NCBI RefSeq assembly: GCF_036971445.1
Contig: NC_091480.1
Span: 81,902,001-81,966,000, forward strand
Length of the DNA: 64,000 bases
Reading direction: 5' to 3'
Origin: Narcine bancroftii
Lineage: Eukaryota
Positions within the stretch are counted from its first letter, which is position 1; every line of letters begins with the position of its first letter. This document shows, one piece after another, positions 1 to 12,757 of the stretch. The translations under genes and the position numbers were made by a program. The notes under the pieces were generated by a model, which saw nothing but the letters and a program-made list of their open reading frames with translations, was not told the DNA's origin and made no database searches.

Positions 1-289
1 ACGTCCAAATACAATTGCAGAAAATGAATTTTCAATGGCATGTTGCCCTTCATGGTTTTGTGCGATTGAAGAAGATTTAAATTATGACCCAAAACAAAAT
101 CACAAAAATAGATTATATCTTTAAAACGTGACAGGAAAATTTTAAGGTGATTTTTGTGATCAACAGCCCAAAATCCATAAAATACACCCAAAAGTGACCA
201 GGAAGTAAAATCTTTGTGGTCCAGTGTTATTGGACAATCAGAACCCACTGATTCACTGCAGCCACCTGAAACCATCCACTACTTCCCAC

Positions 290-478
290 TTTTTTCTTCT
301 TTGGCTTGGCTTCGCGGACGAAGATTTATGGAGGGGGTAAAAAGTCCACGTCAGCTGCAGGCTCGTTTGTGGCTGACAAGTCCGATGCGGGACAGGCAGA
401 CACGATTGCAGCGGTTGCAAGGGAAAATTGGTTGGTTGGGGTTGGGTGTTGGGTTTTTCCTCCTTTGCCTTTTGTCAG
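290..478 (-). mobile_element. RTE-clade LINE, short 3' fragment (copy 1 of 4)
   Basis: Near-identical to 26640..27144, 28258..28693 and 40315..40730. The minus strand ends ...AAATCTTCGTCCGCGAAGCCAAGCCAAAGAAGAAAAA. No clear TSD. Confidence 0.85.
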
Positions 479-2429
479 GGAAAACACCTCAATTCACACC
501 CAGCCAATTTGTGCAGAGCATAGCAAGACCTCACAAGGGGACATAACGACCAGTTAAGTGTCCTTTGCATTGCTGTTGAGCCTGGGGAAAGCTGCTCTCC
601 TCTTCTCTGAGTGGCAGAGGATTTTTAACTGAGTGAACATTGCTACAGTTCCTCAGTACTGCAAAGAGATGGTCTAGGTTTTTGTGGCAAGAGCCACTTT
701 TAAAAGCAACAAACAATAATCCCTCGTTGATTACACAGCATCTAATTACAGGGCACAGAGCACAAACGGCAGAAATTCTTCCAGGATTTAAAAATTAACT
801 TTCCAAGGACATCAACACTGAGACTTTCCTTCATGGTGCATAGAGTCAGGGGTCTGACACAAACCATTGTTCGTGAGCAGCTGACAGGAGGTGCACCAAT
901 AGTAAATCCCAGCTGCCAATTGGGCAAGCATAGAGTGTTACCATCAATCATCGTTGATCATTGGTGAAACACATGGGCCTTACATGATTAATATACACTT
1001 ACATGAGTACAATGTAATACATATTTCTACAGATCACTTGTTATCAAGACCCATCTGCCCATTACAATATTTGCCTTAAAGGATCACACAGAAACAAATG
1101 CATCACAGGAATCAATGATCCACAAAGTATTCCAACTGCTTCCTCTTTCTCCCTTCTTTCCAATCTATTGCCTCTCCATTACAAAGACCACCTGTTCCCA
1201 TTCCATAACTGTTTGATTCCAGCCCCACGGTAGCTGTCAAAACCCGTGAATCTGATATTCCTAAATGCACACCAGGACGAACTAACATTCTTAAACTCAA
1301 GCTCATCTGACCTTCTACTTCTCATTACTCACCTGTTATTCAAGATTCAATTTATGGCCAGCTAATAAAGACGTAATTGGTTTTCGTCTTCCACAAGGCA
1401 GACAGATTCGCCATCGGCAGAAATTGCCTGAAGCGCCCCTTACAGTCAGGGAAAGAGAAGCAAAAGAGAGTTCCCCTCAGAGTCACTGAGTGTCAATGGA
1501 TTCGCCTCCAGCACTCTGCAGCCCCAAACCATCAGCAGGTCGCGCCCCAGCTCCGACCATCCAACAGAATCAAGAACCTCAGCACCCTCTCGCATCCCAG
1601 TTCCGATACCAAGTACCCCTTCAGCTAGTCTTGAGTCAGTCTCCAGTAGTCCGTAGACCAGTGCGAATCCCTTGACTGCACTTGCCAGTAGGGTCACAGA
1701 TTGTGTGGGTTTCTCGCCTCAAGTCGCCTGTGTGTTTCCTTAAATGTATATCCCCTCACTGGTCACCATCCCATGGGTCTTTCCTGCTTCTCCTTCTCAA
1801 ACAGGAGTTGTTCTCCCCATTTTCTTGTGTCCTGTGCCAGTTCTCTAACCTACACAGGTTCTTACTTAGGTAGTTTGACTTTCAACTATTCAGACATCCC
1901 TCCAGTCCAATTGCAAGACCATGACCAATCTTTCAAACACATCACTAACCAGCGCAACATAATAAGACGTGCACTATCACATTAATCAGGCCATGCTTTT
2001 GATTCCACCATCAGCAATCACATCATATTTTAGAATAAATGTTCTCACGTTTAATCCACAGATGATGCAGAATTGCTTCCCTCTCCAATTGATTGGAATT
2101 ATAGAGTCTGAATATAATCAGGGCTCAGCCAGATTTAAGATCAGCACACAGGGATGTAAAATTATTATAACAGAGCTGAGGCCAAGTTCTCAAGAACTCC
2201 TGGAGCAGGCTCAAGGAAAGTAGAGTATTTTGTGGTACTGTTCTTTACATCACACCCAGTGATGGGAATGTCTGCTCCAATCTCCAAATCTGTCGTGACC
2301 AAGTACACAACGCATTACTGGCTGAAATTCCTGTCCACTTCGATGGAGAGGTCAGAAATCTGAGCCACTGAGCCCGAAACTCAGGGTTGAGTATTCCTGG
2401 TGAAAGCTCATGGCTGGAATGTTGACCCC

Positions 2430-3990
2430 CCTCTCCCTTCTCTACTACCCCCCTCTCCCTCCCCCAAACACCACCGCCTACCCCCTCTCCCTTCCCGGCC
2501 TCCCATTACCCCCCTCTCCACTCCCTCTCCCCACTACCCCCTCTCCCTCCCCGGACCCCCCATTACCCCCCCTCTCCTCTCCCTCCCCAGAACCCCACCT
2601 ACCTCTCCCTCCCCAGAACCCCCCTACCTCTCCCTCCCCAGAACCCCCTACCTCTCCCTCCCCAGAACCCCCCTACCTCTCCCTCCCCAGAATCCCCCTA
2701 CCTCTCCCTCCCCAGAACCCCCCTACCTCTCCCTCCCCAGAACCCCCCCTACCTCTCCCTCCCCAGAACCCCCCTACCTCTCCCTCCCCAGAACCCCCCT
2801 ACCTCTCCCTCCCCAGAACCCCCCCCTACCTCTCCCTCCCCAGAACCCCCCTACCTCTCCCTCCCCAGAACCCCCCCTACCTCTCCCTCCCCAGATCCCC
2901 CCCTACCTCTCCCTCCCCAGAACCCCCCCTACCTCTCCCTCCCCAGAACCCCCCTACCTCTCCCTCCCAGAACCCCCCTACCTCTCCCTCCCCAGAACCC
3001 CCCTACCTCTCCCACCCCAGAACCCCCCTACCTCTCCCTCCCCAGAACCCCCCTACCTCTCCCTCCCCAGAACCCCCCTACCTCTCCCTCCCCAGAACCC
3101 CCCCTACCTCTCCCTCCCCAGAACCCCCCTACCTCTCCCTCCCCAGAAACCCCCCTACCTCTCCCTCCCCCAGAACCCCCCCTACCTCTCCCTCCCCAGA
3201 ACCCCCCTACCTCTCCCTCCCCAGAACCCCCCTACCTCTCCCTCCCCAGAACCCCCCTACCTCTCCCTCCCCAGAACCCCCCTACCTCTCCCTCCCCAGA
3301 ACCCCCCTACCTCTCCCTCCCCAGAACCCCCCTACCTCTCCCTCCCCAGAACCCCCCTACCTCTCCCTCCCCAGAACCCCCCTACCTCTTCTCCCCTCTA
3401 CCCCCTACCTCTTCTCCCCTCTACCCCCTACCTCTTCTCCCCAGAACCCCCCTACCTCTTCTCCCCCAGAACCCCCCTACCTCTTCTCCCCTCTACCCCC
3501 TACCTCTTCTCCCCTCTACCTCTTCTCCCCTCTACCCCCTACCTCTTCTCCCCTCTACCCCCTACCTCTTCTCCCCTCTACCCCCTACCTCTTCTCCCCT
3601 CTACCCCCTACCTCTTCTCCCCTCTACCCCCTACCTCTTCTCCCCTCTACCCCCTACCTCTTCTCCCCCTCTACCCCCTACCTCTTCTCCCCTCTACCCC
3701 CTACCTCTTCTCCCCTCTACCCCTACCTCTTCTCCCCTCTACCCCCTACCTCTTCTCCCCCTCTACCCCCCTACCTCTTCTCCCCTCTACCCCCCTACCT
3801 CTTCTCCCCTCTACCCCCCTACCTCTTCTCCCCTCTACCCCCTACCTCTTCTCCCCTCTACCCCCTACCTCCTCCCCCCTACCTCAACCTCTTCTCCCCT
3901 CTAAACCCTACCTCAACCTCTTCTCCCCTCTAAACCCTACCTCAACCTCTTCTCCCCTCTAAACCCTACCTCTTCTCCCCTCTACCCCCT
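2430..3990. repeat. C-rich minisatellite array, ~24-25 bp unit CCCCTACCTCTCCCTCCCCAGAAC changing to CCCCTACCTCTTCTCCCCTCTAC near 3390
   Basis: Directly visible tandem periodicity. It produces the spurious Pro-rich ORFs. Confidence 0.95.
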
Positions 3991-4189
3991 CTCACCACCC
4001 GACACCCCCACCCCTCTCCCCACCTGAACCCCCCGCCACCCTTGTCCCTACCCGACCCTCCGCTAACCCCTCTCCCTCCTCCCACTTCCCCTCTCCCTAC
4101 TCGATCCCCCGCTACCCCCTCAACTCCCCTCCCCCCGCTACCGCTCTCCCTCTCCCGGCCCCCCCACCTCGCTACCCCCTCTCCGTCTC

Positions 4190-4910
4190 CCGGCCCCCCG
4201 CTGCCCCCTCTCCCGGCCCTCCTCCCCCGCTGCCCCCTCTCACGGCCCTCCTCCCCCCCCCCCCCGCTGCCCCCTCTCACGGCCCTCCTCCCCCCCCCCG
4301 CTGCCCCCTCTCACGGCCCTCCTCCCCCCCCCCAGCTGCCCCCTCTCACGGCCCTCCTCCCCCCCCCAACTGCCCCCTCTCACGGCCCTCCTCCCCCCCC
4401 GCTGCTCCCTCTCCCGGCCCCCCGCTGCCCCCTCTCCCGGCCCTCCTCCCCCCCCCGCTGCCCCCCGCTGCCCCCTCCCCCCCCCGCTGCCCCCTCCCCC
4501 CCCCGCTGCCCCCTCCCCCCCCCGCTGCCCCCTCCCCCCCCCGCTGCCCCCTCCCCCCCCCGCTGCCCCCTCCCCCCCCCCGCTGCCCCCTCCCCCCCCC
4601 GCTGCCCCCTCCCCCCCCCGCTGCCCCCTCCCCCCCCGCTGCCCCCTCCCCCCCCCCGCTGCCCCCTCCCCCCCCCGCTGCCCCCTCCCCCCCCCGCTGC
4701 CCCCTCCCCCCCCCCGCTGCCCCCTCTCCTCCCCCCCGCTGCCCCTTCTCCCCCCCTCTCCCCCCCGTCGCTGCCCCCCGTCGCTGCCCCCCGTCGCTGC
4801 CCCCCGTCGCTGCCCCCCGTCGCTGCCCCCCGTCGCTGCCCCCCGTCGCTGCCCCCCGTCGCTGCCCCCCGTCGCTGCCCCCCGTCGCTGCCCCCTCTCC
4901 CGGCCCTCCT
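4190..4910. repeat. GC-rich low-complexity tandem array (CGCTGCCCCCTCCCCCCCC and CCCCCGTCGCTG units)
   Basis: Directly visible short-period repeats immediately upstream of the PGAP3 CpG-rich region. Confidence 0.9.
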
Positions 4911-4939
4911 CCTCCTTCCACACCCCTCCCCCCGGCTGC

Positions 4940-5430
4940 CCCCTCACGGGGACCCCGATCTAAGTAAGCTCCGGCCGCCGGTTCGCCCACCACAATCGTG
5001 ACCCCCTTTACCTGATCGCCAGGCTCCGTAAGACGGTGCCTTCCACCACATCGTCCCACCCGCCCGGCCCTCGCTTCCGGCTTGGACAGCAGGGGATGAG
5101 GCGGTGCGCGGCGAGTGGGCGCGTCCGGCCTGGGGCGTGGCGGCGGAACCTTGGTTCCGGGGCGGGGGGGAGAGGTTTGTCCGCTGCACCGGGACTGTGG
5201 TAGGTGGCCGGGCGGGAAGGAGGATGGGGCCCGGTTCCCTGGTCTGCTCCTTGACCGTGGCGGCCTGGGGCCTGCCCACCGCCGGCTGCTCGCGCGGGGA
5301 CCGCGAGCCTTCTTACCGCCAATGCGTGCGGCTCTGTGAGGGGCAGAACTGCGCGGGAGCCGCGCTCGGGGCCTTCCGCACCGCACAGCCCGTCCACATG
5401 CGGCTGGCAGGTGAGGCGCCGCACCGTGGA
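4940..5430 (+). promoter_or_regulatory. CpG-island-like promoter and first-exon region of PGAP3
   Basis: High GC and CpG density around the start codon, with a GC-box-like GGGGCGGGG near 5158. TSS not determined. Confidence 0.6.
5224..5410 (+). CDS. PGAP3: PGAP3 (post-GPI attachment to proteins factor 3, Per1/CREST family) coding exon 1
   Basis: ATG at 5224. Signal-peptide-like MGPGSLVCSLTVAAWGLPTAGC followed by SRGDREPSYRQCVRLCEGQNC, which matches the PGAP3 N-terminal motif. Donor G|GTGAGG, phase 1. Confidence 0.9.
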
Positions 5431-5454
5431 CCCCATCCTCCCCTCACCTTGATG

Positions 5455-6225
5455 CTCCTCCCCCCACCCTGATCCTCAGCCCCCACACTGATCACCCCAT
5501 CCCCACCCTGATCCTCAGCCCCCCCCACCCTGATCGCTCACCCCATTACCACCCTGATCCTTACCCCATCCCCACCCTGATCCTCAGCCCCCACACTGAT
5601 CACCCCATCCCCACCCTGATCCTCAGCCCCCCCCACCCTGATCGCTCACCCCATTACCACCCTGATCCTTACCCCATCCCCACCCTGATCCTCACCCCCC
5701 ACACTGATCACCCCATCCCCACCCTGATCCTCACCCCCCCCACCCTGATCACCCCATCCCACCCTGATCCTCAGCCCCCACACTAATCACCCCATCACCA
5801 CCCTGATCCTTCATCTCCCCCCACCCTGATCCCTCACCCCATCACCACCGTGATCCTCAGCCCCCCACCCTGATCCTCAGCCCCCCACCCTGATCCCTCA
5901 CCCCATCACCACCCTGATCCTCAGCCCCCCACCCTGATCCTCAGCCCCCCACCCTGATCCTCAGCCCCCCACCCTGATCCTTCATCCCCCCCACCCTGAT
6001 CCTTCATCCACCCCCACCCTGATCCCTCACCCCATCACCACCCTGATCCTCAGCCCCCCACCCTGATCCTCCCCAACCCTGACCCTCACACCCCCACCCT
6101 ATTCTACACCCCTACCCTGACTCTCATCCCCCACCCTGATCCTTCACCCCATCCCCATCTTGATCACCCCACCCTAATCCTTCACACCTACCCCCCAACC
6201 TGATCCTTCACCATCCTGATCCTTC
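5455..6225. repeat. C-rich degenerate tandem array (CCCCACCCTGATCCTCA-like, ~19-25 bp) at the start of PGAP3 intron 1
   Basis: Repeated CCCTGATC core at short period. Confidence 0.9.
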
Positions 6226-6534
6226 TCCTCTAGCCCAGGACCCAGCCACACAAGAACCCCACCACTCTACTTCTCCCAACCCCAGGACCTCAGTATGTAA
6301 AACCTCTCAAGATTCTCCTTTATTTTATCTACTTGATCCATCTCATGGTTCTCTTTCATTCCTCCTGCTTTCCATGTACTCCTACATCCATGTATTCCTC
6401 ATCCTTTCCTGACCAGAGCCTCAATATACCTTCTTATCCAGGGTTCCCTAAACATTGCAGCTTTGCCAATTTCTCCAGCAGGAACATGGGATCCCTAAAC
6501 TCTCTTTATCTCACTTTTGAAAACCTCCCATTTA

Positions 6535-6772
6535 AGGCTGCATGGTTGGAGTGGTGCTTAATGCTGCAGCGCCAGCGATCGGGACGGACTGGGTTTAGAA
6601 TCCCGCGCTGTCTGTAAGGAGTTTGTATGTTCTCCCCGTATCTGTGGGTTTTCCCCAGGTGCTCTGGTTTCCTCCCACCATTCAAAACGTACTAGGGATG
6701 TAGGTTAATGGGGTGTAAATTGGGCAGCATGGGTTCATGGGCCAAAATGGCCTGTTACCATGCTGTATGTCA
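6535..6772 (+). mobile_element. tRNA-derived SINE with V-domain-like core (HE1/V-SINE type)
   Basis: Core CTGTAAGGAGTTTGTATGTTCTCCCCGT...GGTTTCCTCCCA. Related copies at ~33450-33745 (-), ~37215-37405, ~45520-45725 (-), ~47940-48200, ~54495-54655 and 59830-60008. Confidence 0.75.
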
Positions 6773-6849
6773 AAAAAAAACAAAAAAGGTGCTCCCTTAC
6801 ATGAAAACAGCCTCTTCCAATCAACCAGTAATGTCATGTATGGACTCTG

Positions 6850-7700
6850 ACAATAATCTGAAATCTGAATTGACTGAACTTGCTTTAACATCTATGTTGC
6901 CTCAACTTTCCCATTTGCCATAATACTGCTAAATCTGTTTAAATTCTTCCAAGTAGAACTAGCAAATCTCCCCACCAGGATATTTTCTACTGTTCAAATG
7001 CAACCTGTCCCTCTTAATCAGCCCACCTGTGCCACAGAAGAAACCCCAATTGCTCAAGAACCTGAAGTCCTGCCCCATCACTATCTCCTTAGCCATGCAT
7101 TCATCTGCATCATCTTGTTCCTGACCTCATTAGTTACATGGCACCAGGAGTGATGAAGTGTTTACAACTCTTGGTCTTACTTATTAACCTTCTGCCTAAC
7201 TCACCATATTCACTTCAAGGAACTCATCTCTTTTTCTTCTGTAGTCGGTGAAATCAATGTTTGTCACAACCTCTGGTGTTTACTCACACCCTTGAGAATA
7301 TTGATGATTGCTCCGAGATAATCCAGGAGGAATGATCCATTCTGGTCTTGTTTGAAGCCATGGAAGTTTCTGTCTGATCTCCTAATATGGAGTCTCCTAT
7401 TGCTATGGCTGGCCTTGACTCCACCCTTTCCTCCGGTGACTCAGAGCCAGTCATGGTGCCACAGACCTGGTGGTCCATTTTCTCCTGAAAGGGCTTACCC
7501 CCATCTCTCCAACAGTATCCAAGCAATGCTCCAGTGTAGATGTTTGAAAGGGGAATTACCACGAAGGACTTGTACGCTACCTGCCTTCCCCTCGCAGGAT
7601 GCTTCATCCACCTCCAGAAGCATTCACCCTCTCCTCTGTGCCTTCAGCCCCTACCCCAGGACCTGTGCCCTGCACTCCCCAAGACCTACAGCTCCATTGA
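6850..7700 (-). mobile_element. Decayed CR1-type LINE fragment (ORF1 esterase region)
   Basis: Minus-strand translation AIAIGDSILG resembles the GDS motif of the CR1 ORF1 SGNH esterase. Boundaries approximate. Confidence 0.5.
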
Positions 7701-8825
7701 TTGACTTTCAGTGACTAATCTTATCCTCTGTGGTCAGGTCGATGGAGAGTTTGTGTCAAATCAAGGTTATTGTCATTTGATTGCACAAGTACAACTAGAT
7801 GAAACAGCGTTCTCCGGTCCTCAGTGCAAAACACGCCAACACACCACCAAGCATAACGCACATATAGACAAACAATACATTTGTAGGACAAGTATTCATA
7901 TCTAATATATATTTGTGCATCTACGTCTGTTTGTTTGTTTGTCTGTTCTCCATGCAAATCAATATGGAGCACTCTAGAAATGTCCAAGGAGGTTCCGTAG
8001 GGGTAACATTGATGGTGAATATCATGACCACGTTGAATTTAACCTTTAAGGTCATATGAAGTTCAGTTCAAAAATAGATGTTGAACTTGCACCAGGGACA
8101 CTTCAGTTAGTTACGGTGCTGTGCATTAATATACATTCAGAATAAAAACAGGTGGCCAAACCCTGTTCAATATAAGCCCAAAAAAAGCGAAGCAACATCG
8201 GCAGAAGGTCTTTACAAGCCCATAGAATTAGACAAAGGAGAACACAAGAGACAGCAGAGGAACATCAATTTCGCCTCACTTGATGTTTCCAGACATACAA
8301 GGGGCAGGCAGCAGGAAACAGAGGAACCATGCCAAGCCCACCTCAGTGCGGATGCCGCCAGGCATTCCATGTTTCAATCATGTAGTCAACAACTAAGTGT
8401 TTCATTTCCCAGGCAATGCCGGGTATCCTGCTAGTCTACAAATAAATGAATATTGTTTTGTGAATGTGAGAGTCTTGGATGGTTAGTGTGAGCAGTTCCT
8501 TTGGACGTTCAGGATTCTCACTGTCTGTGGGATGAAGCTGTTTCTCAGTCCGATGTTCCTGTATCTCTTTCCATGACCAATTGTGCTGTTCCCATTGAAC
8601 CTTCCCAAAGATTCATGATGTCAAATGCTGACAAGTACAGTCACACTTGCTCCACCCCTGTCTGGACCAGTGCTGTGGCAGGATGTTGCAGCAAGTGTCC
8701 CAAACTAAGCATTAATAAGCTGGTTATTGACAGGTTGATGGCCACTTTGTATCCAATAAGTGGAGGTGCATTGTGTGTAATCATCACTGTCCTGGGAGTT
8801 AATGTGTGTTTCTTTCTTCTGGCAG

Positions 8826-8923
8826 GCTGGACCTGCACTGATGATTGCCAATATCATTGCATGTGGGCAACAGTGGGTTTGTACATCAGGGAAGGACACA
8901 AGGTGCCTCAGTTTCATGGCAAG
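8826..8923 (+). CDS. PGAP3: PGAP3 coding exon 2
   Basis: Pyrimidine tract plus CAG acceptor. Encodes (G)[32 protein letters not shown]. Donor AAG|GTAAAG. 98 nt. Confidence 0.95.
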
Positions 8924-9379
8924 GTAAAGAGAAAGATGACGTCTTACAGAAATGGGTCATTTAGGAATTCTCTGTCTTGGCTAATGAAAATAACCCATCT
9001 GGCTTAGTTTGTCCTGACAGCTGTAACTTGGTACTTTTGGTTTTCTGTTGCAAACATTCTTTACTTGTACAGACATAGAACTTGTACCTGGTTAATTTGA
9101 GTTTACCGAGGGAAATCCATGTTCTCAGCACAGGCTGGAGTTGGTAGAAGTACCTTTTGCGCAGCCTTTGCTTCTCAACATGGAGTGCAACAGTGCAGGG
9201 TAGCCTTCTCCTGGTTTCCCTGGACTGCACCAGGTTCACACAGCAATTCCTGCTCCAGGGAAGGAGAGTTATTAATTTCATTTCTTTTCAATATATCACA
9301 TTTTTTTTCTTTGAGTTGTGATTTTTTTAAATATATATATGTGCGTATACTTGTTGCTGAAAGTTTACAAATGTCTGAC

Positions 9380-9429
9380 TTTCACAATTACCATATATTT
9401 CACAATTACCATATATTTCACAATTACCA
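9380..9429. repeat. 18-bp tandem repeat TTTCACAATTACCATATA, ~2.8 copies
   Basis: Directly visible. Confidence 0.9.
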
Positions 9430-9811
9430 GTGTATAAGAAGGTCCTTGAACGTTAAAAATTTCACCCCAAAACCAAGGGTCATCTTTTACTCCAAGTATA
9501 AAATCCGGACCTTAACAGTGAAGTCTCAACGCTCCCCCACAGGGTCCATCCACCCAGTCCGACTGGCGTTGACTCTGCAGGCTTTAAACAACCTGTTAAA
9601 GGAGCTGGTAGTGGATTATTTTAAACTATGCTAATAAAATTTAAACCTTTATTGGGTAATTTGCTTTTTAAATATTGTGAATTCGTATATTAAATGTGCC
9701 CAGCAGCATCACTCCACTGGTCAGCAGTAAGTGCCAGACTTGGGGTAATCTTGAACAGCAAGATTGGCTCAAAACCTACATTTTAAGAGGAAATCCATGG
9801 GTCATCTTATA

Positions 9812-10108
9812 CAGGTAGTCTCCAACTTATGACCTATGCGACTTATGACCATCCGTATGTATGACTGAAAAAAAAGTACTGTATAAATTTTTTTAAATGA
9901 AGAAAAATCATGTAAATATAAAAATTATACCTTTTGGGGTAAAAGTAGGGGCCTATCTATGGAAAATAGTGCCTGTGGCAGGGGTAGAGCTGACCTTGGT
10001 GTCCACCATGTTTATTTGACAAATGATAAAACGGATCTGACTTGCGACCATTTCGAGATACAACCAGTCGGTCAAAACGGAACACAGTCATAAGTTGGGG
10101 ACTACCTG
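9812..10108. mobile_element. Tc1/mariner (Tigger-like) MITE
   Basis: 22-bp TIRs CAGGTAGTC(T/C)CCAACTTATGAC with 1 mismatch, flanked by TA on both sides (9810-9811, 10109-10110). Confidence 0.9.
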
Positions 10109-11178
10109 TACAAAGTACCTGCATATATGGCAGCTTTCAGCTTATCTCAACAAGGTGGGGAGCACAGCCCATTTAAGTAAAGCCTTGTTTCTTTTCACCT
10201 CTCTTAACATAAATGTTCTTTTATGTTTTTTTTATGTAGTTGGTTGGAGAGAAGTATGGAAGGAAACAAAATTTGACTGCTTTACCAGGAAGGGAACCCA
10301 TAAACTTTGAGCCAGAGACCTGTGTATGGTAGGGGGGAGGGGGGGGCAGGTGGTGCTCAGTGGTGGTGTGCATAGCCCAAGAAAAGCTTAAGAATGGCTG
10401 GCTTAGATCAGTGGTTTGCTGAGAAGTGCAGACTCACCAACCATCATGTTCCTCATGTGAGTCGGCTGGCCTGCCATGGCTCCTTCCCATCTTTGGGGGA
10501 CAGCTCTTCCTCCTCCCTCGTTGGGGATGACCTCCTTGCTCCCCATAGGGTCAGCCACTCTCAGCTCCTTGTTGCCACCCCCTCGTTCTTCAGCCCATCC
10601 ACACCGCTGCCCACAGTTCAAAGACTACCCTCCCTCATCATAGGGACCTACTCACCGCACCCCTTGGTGAGGGGCTACCCCATTCACTCATACTTTCTGG
10701 GACCCAGAAAGTTCACCCTCCACTTGCAACCTCTCCTGTCTGTGCTGGTTGAGTAAAGCTGTGCCTACCTGTGTTGCTGTGCACCCCACTTATTGCCACC
10801 ACACCTTTTTCACCCAAGGTTCTAAGGGGTATTCCTTTTCTTCCCCCACCTGACCCAGTCCTTAAAGCATCTTTAACTGGGCCACTACTGCAAACAGAAA
10901 TTGCATCAGCTCAGCCATGATGTTGCTGGGAGAAGGGTGAAGTGGGCGAGGGGATACCTGATGAGCAGCAGCGAAGGGGAGTGGAAGACAGATTGCACTG
11001 AGATGAGGACTGGATGGGGAAAGAAAACAGCTTCTGTCAGAGGGATCAGGGGTCCTGGAGGGGTAGACAGGTGGAGTGAATGTGGGTCAGGTTGTGTTTG
11101 AGGGGGAGTGGCATTGGTTCGGGGTACAGGGCTGTTTCTCCCTTTGATAGTTTCCTCTGCCTATGTTTCCTCCTCCAG

Positions 11179-11331
11179 TGGCCCTTCTACCGATTCCTCT
11201 TCGTACAGGAACCTGCCTCAGCCGTTGCCTCCATACTGAATGGACTGGCCAACCTGATGATGTTGGTCAAGTACCGGGCCATGGTACCTCCAGAATGTCC
11301 CATGTATCAGACCTGTGTCTCTTTCGCCATT
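11179..11331 (+). CDS. PGAP3: PGAP3 coding exon 3
   Basis: CCTCCAG acceptor. Encodes [22 protein letters not shown]...QTCVSFAI. Donor GTAAGC. 153 nt, phase 0/0. Confidence 0.95.
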
Positions 11332-12201
11332 GTAAGCAAATCCCTAATATCTGCTCTTCTGCTAAGCGCATCATTCCTGTTATTTGTGAACTTCTCTCTC
11401 TGGGTTTGTTTCAGGGCAGCTGCTTTCATACTGTGGGAGGGTAAACACCAAGGGCTGCCTCTTTGCATGACACCTTCCTACATACCATTCAACTCTTCCT
11501 TTTTGGCGACCCGCAGAATGAGTCTGTAGATTTGGAGCATTGTTCAAATCTACTGTACATATCTTATATAGTGAGAAGGGTTCTTTTATGAGCAATCTAA
11601 CAGGTCAACTCTGTCAGCTGTACCGAGGAGAAGAGTAAGAAGCAGAGCATAGCGAGGGCAACGCGACAGTACTGTGGTGGGGTTCACTCAAAAGCCTGAT
11701 GACAATGGGGAAGAAACTGTCCTTAAGCCTGCTCCTCACCTGTCTAGAGATGGTTTGTGAGGTGAACTTGGAGCTGGGACGTAAGAAATAGGAGCAGGAG
11801 TAGACCATCTGGCCTGTCGCACCTGCTCCGCCATTCATCGTGATAATGGCTCATCTACACCTATCCCTTTTCCCGATATCCCTTAATTCCCCTACTATGT
11901 AAAAACCTATTCCAACCTTGTCTTAAATACAGTAGGTTTCCCCATATCTGAAAAGCTTGGGACTGGACGTTTTTGGTTAACTGGATTTTTCGGATAACCA
12001 AATAATGACTTAAGCAGCCCCAGTAGCATCAGCCATTAAATAACAACAGAAGACTTTTCAAGCACGAAATAATGTTTAATTCTTACCTAAAAACAACGTG
12101 ATCTCTATTTACAAAATAAGATAAATGCAGTAACAAACACTAGAAATTTTTCTTTTTGCCATTGTACAATACATGAGAGCTCCATTGGATTAAAAATTAT
12201 G

Positions 12202-12394
12202 CTTTTTTTCCCGTTGCTTTTACTTTTTCCTTCTTGGGTGCCATCTTCTTTCTCTTCTTTGCAACTTTATCTTCTATTTCTTATATTTTATATTTGTTGA
12301 ACCCTTAGTTTTTTCTTGACTTTTTTTCTGGAGAGGGCTGGTTTTACCCTACTCCATCACGTGACTTCTCCCCTTCCCCATGATCTTGACAACC
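12202..12394 (-). repeat. Inverted copy of 12742..12934 (L1 5' end plus flank)
   Basis: The reverse complement matches 12742..12934. It is identical over the central ~135 bp, with a few mismatches clustered at the distal end. Confidence 0.9.
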
Positions 12395-12757
12395 CCATGT
12401 TCTGGTCTACCCCACCAATGGGAACAACTTGCCTGGCTCTATCTTATCTATGACTTTCAAAGATTTGTGTGTTTCTATAAGATCCCCTCTCATTGTTCTA
12501 AATTCCAGTGAGTACCATCCCAGATGACTCAATATCTCCTCATAGGACTAACCCCTTCATCTCTGGGGCCCTAGTTGTTTACCTCCTTGCTGGTTTCAGT
12601 GTTGGTCTGAGAAGATGTTAATTCAGCCACTGAATCTTGCCCTATTGTCAATTAATTCCTCAGTCAGCGACTGCACAGAGTTTTCCATCAGCTGTGACAG
12701 ACTGAGAAAGGTTCTGGCCAAATCAAAATTCACACTAAGGAGGTTGTCAAGATCAAG

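Noticed and set aside
214-557. Recurring plus-strand ORFs of the type LAWLRGRRFMEGVKSPRQLQ (also at 26630, 28366, 40099)
   Set aside because: Antisense readings of the RTE 3' end, not a gene family.
1-2400. Possible ERBB2 exons expected from synteny
   Set aside because: I recognised no ERBB2-like peptide or exon on either strand. If present, the gene lies outside the window.
2430-3990. CRISPR-like periodic array
   Set aside because: The units are contiguous with no unique spacers, there are no cas genes, and the context is eukaryotic. The same applies to 32140-32575 and 44541-44690.
2400-5001. Long Pro-rich and Gly-rich ORFs (520, 507, 319 and 346 aa)
   Set aside because: These are translations of stop-poor C-rich tandem repeats open in several frames, with no coding signature.
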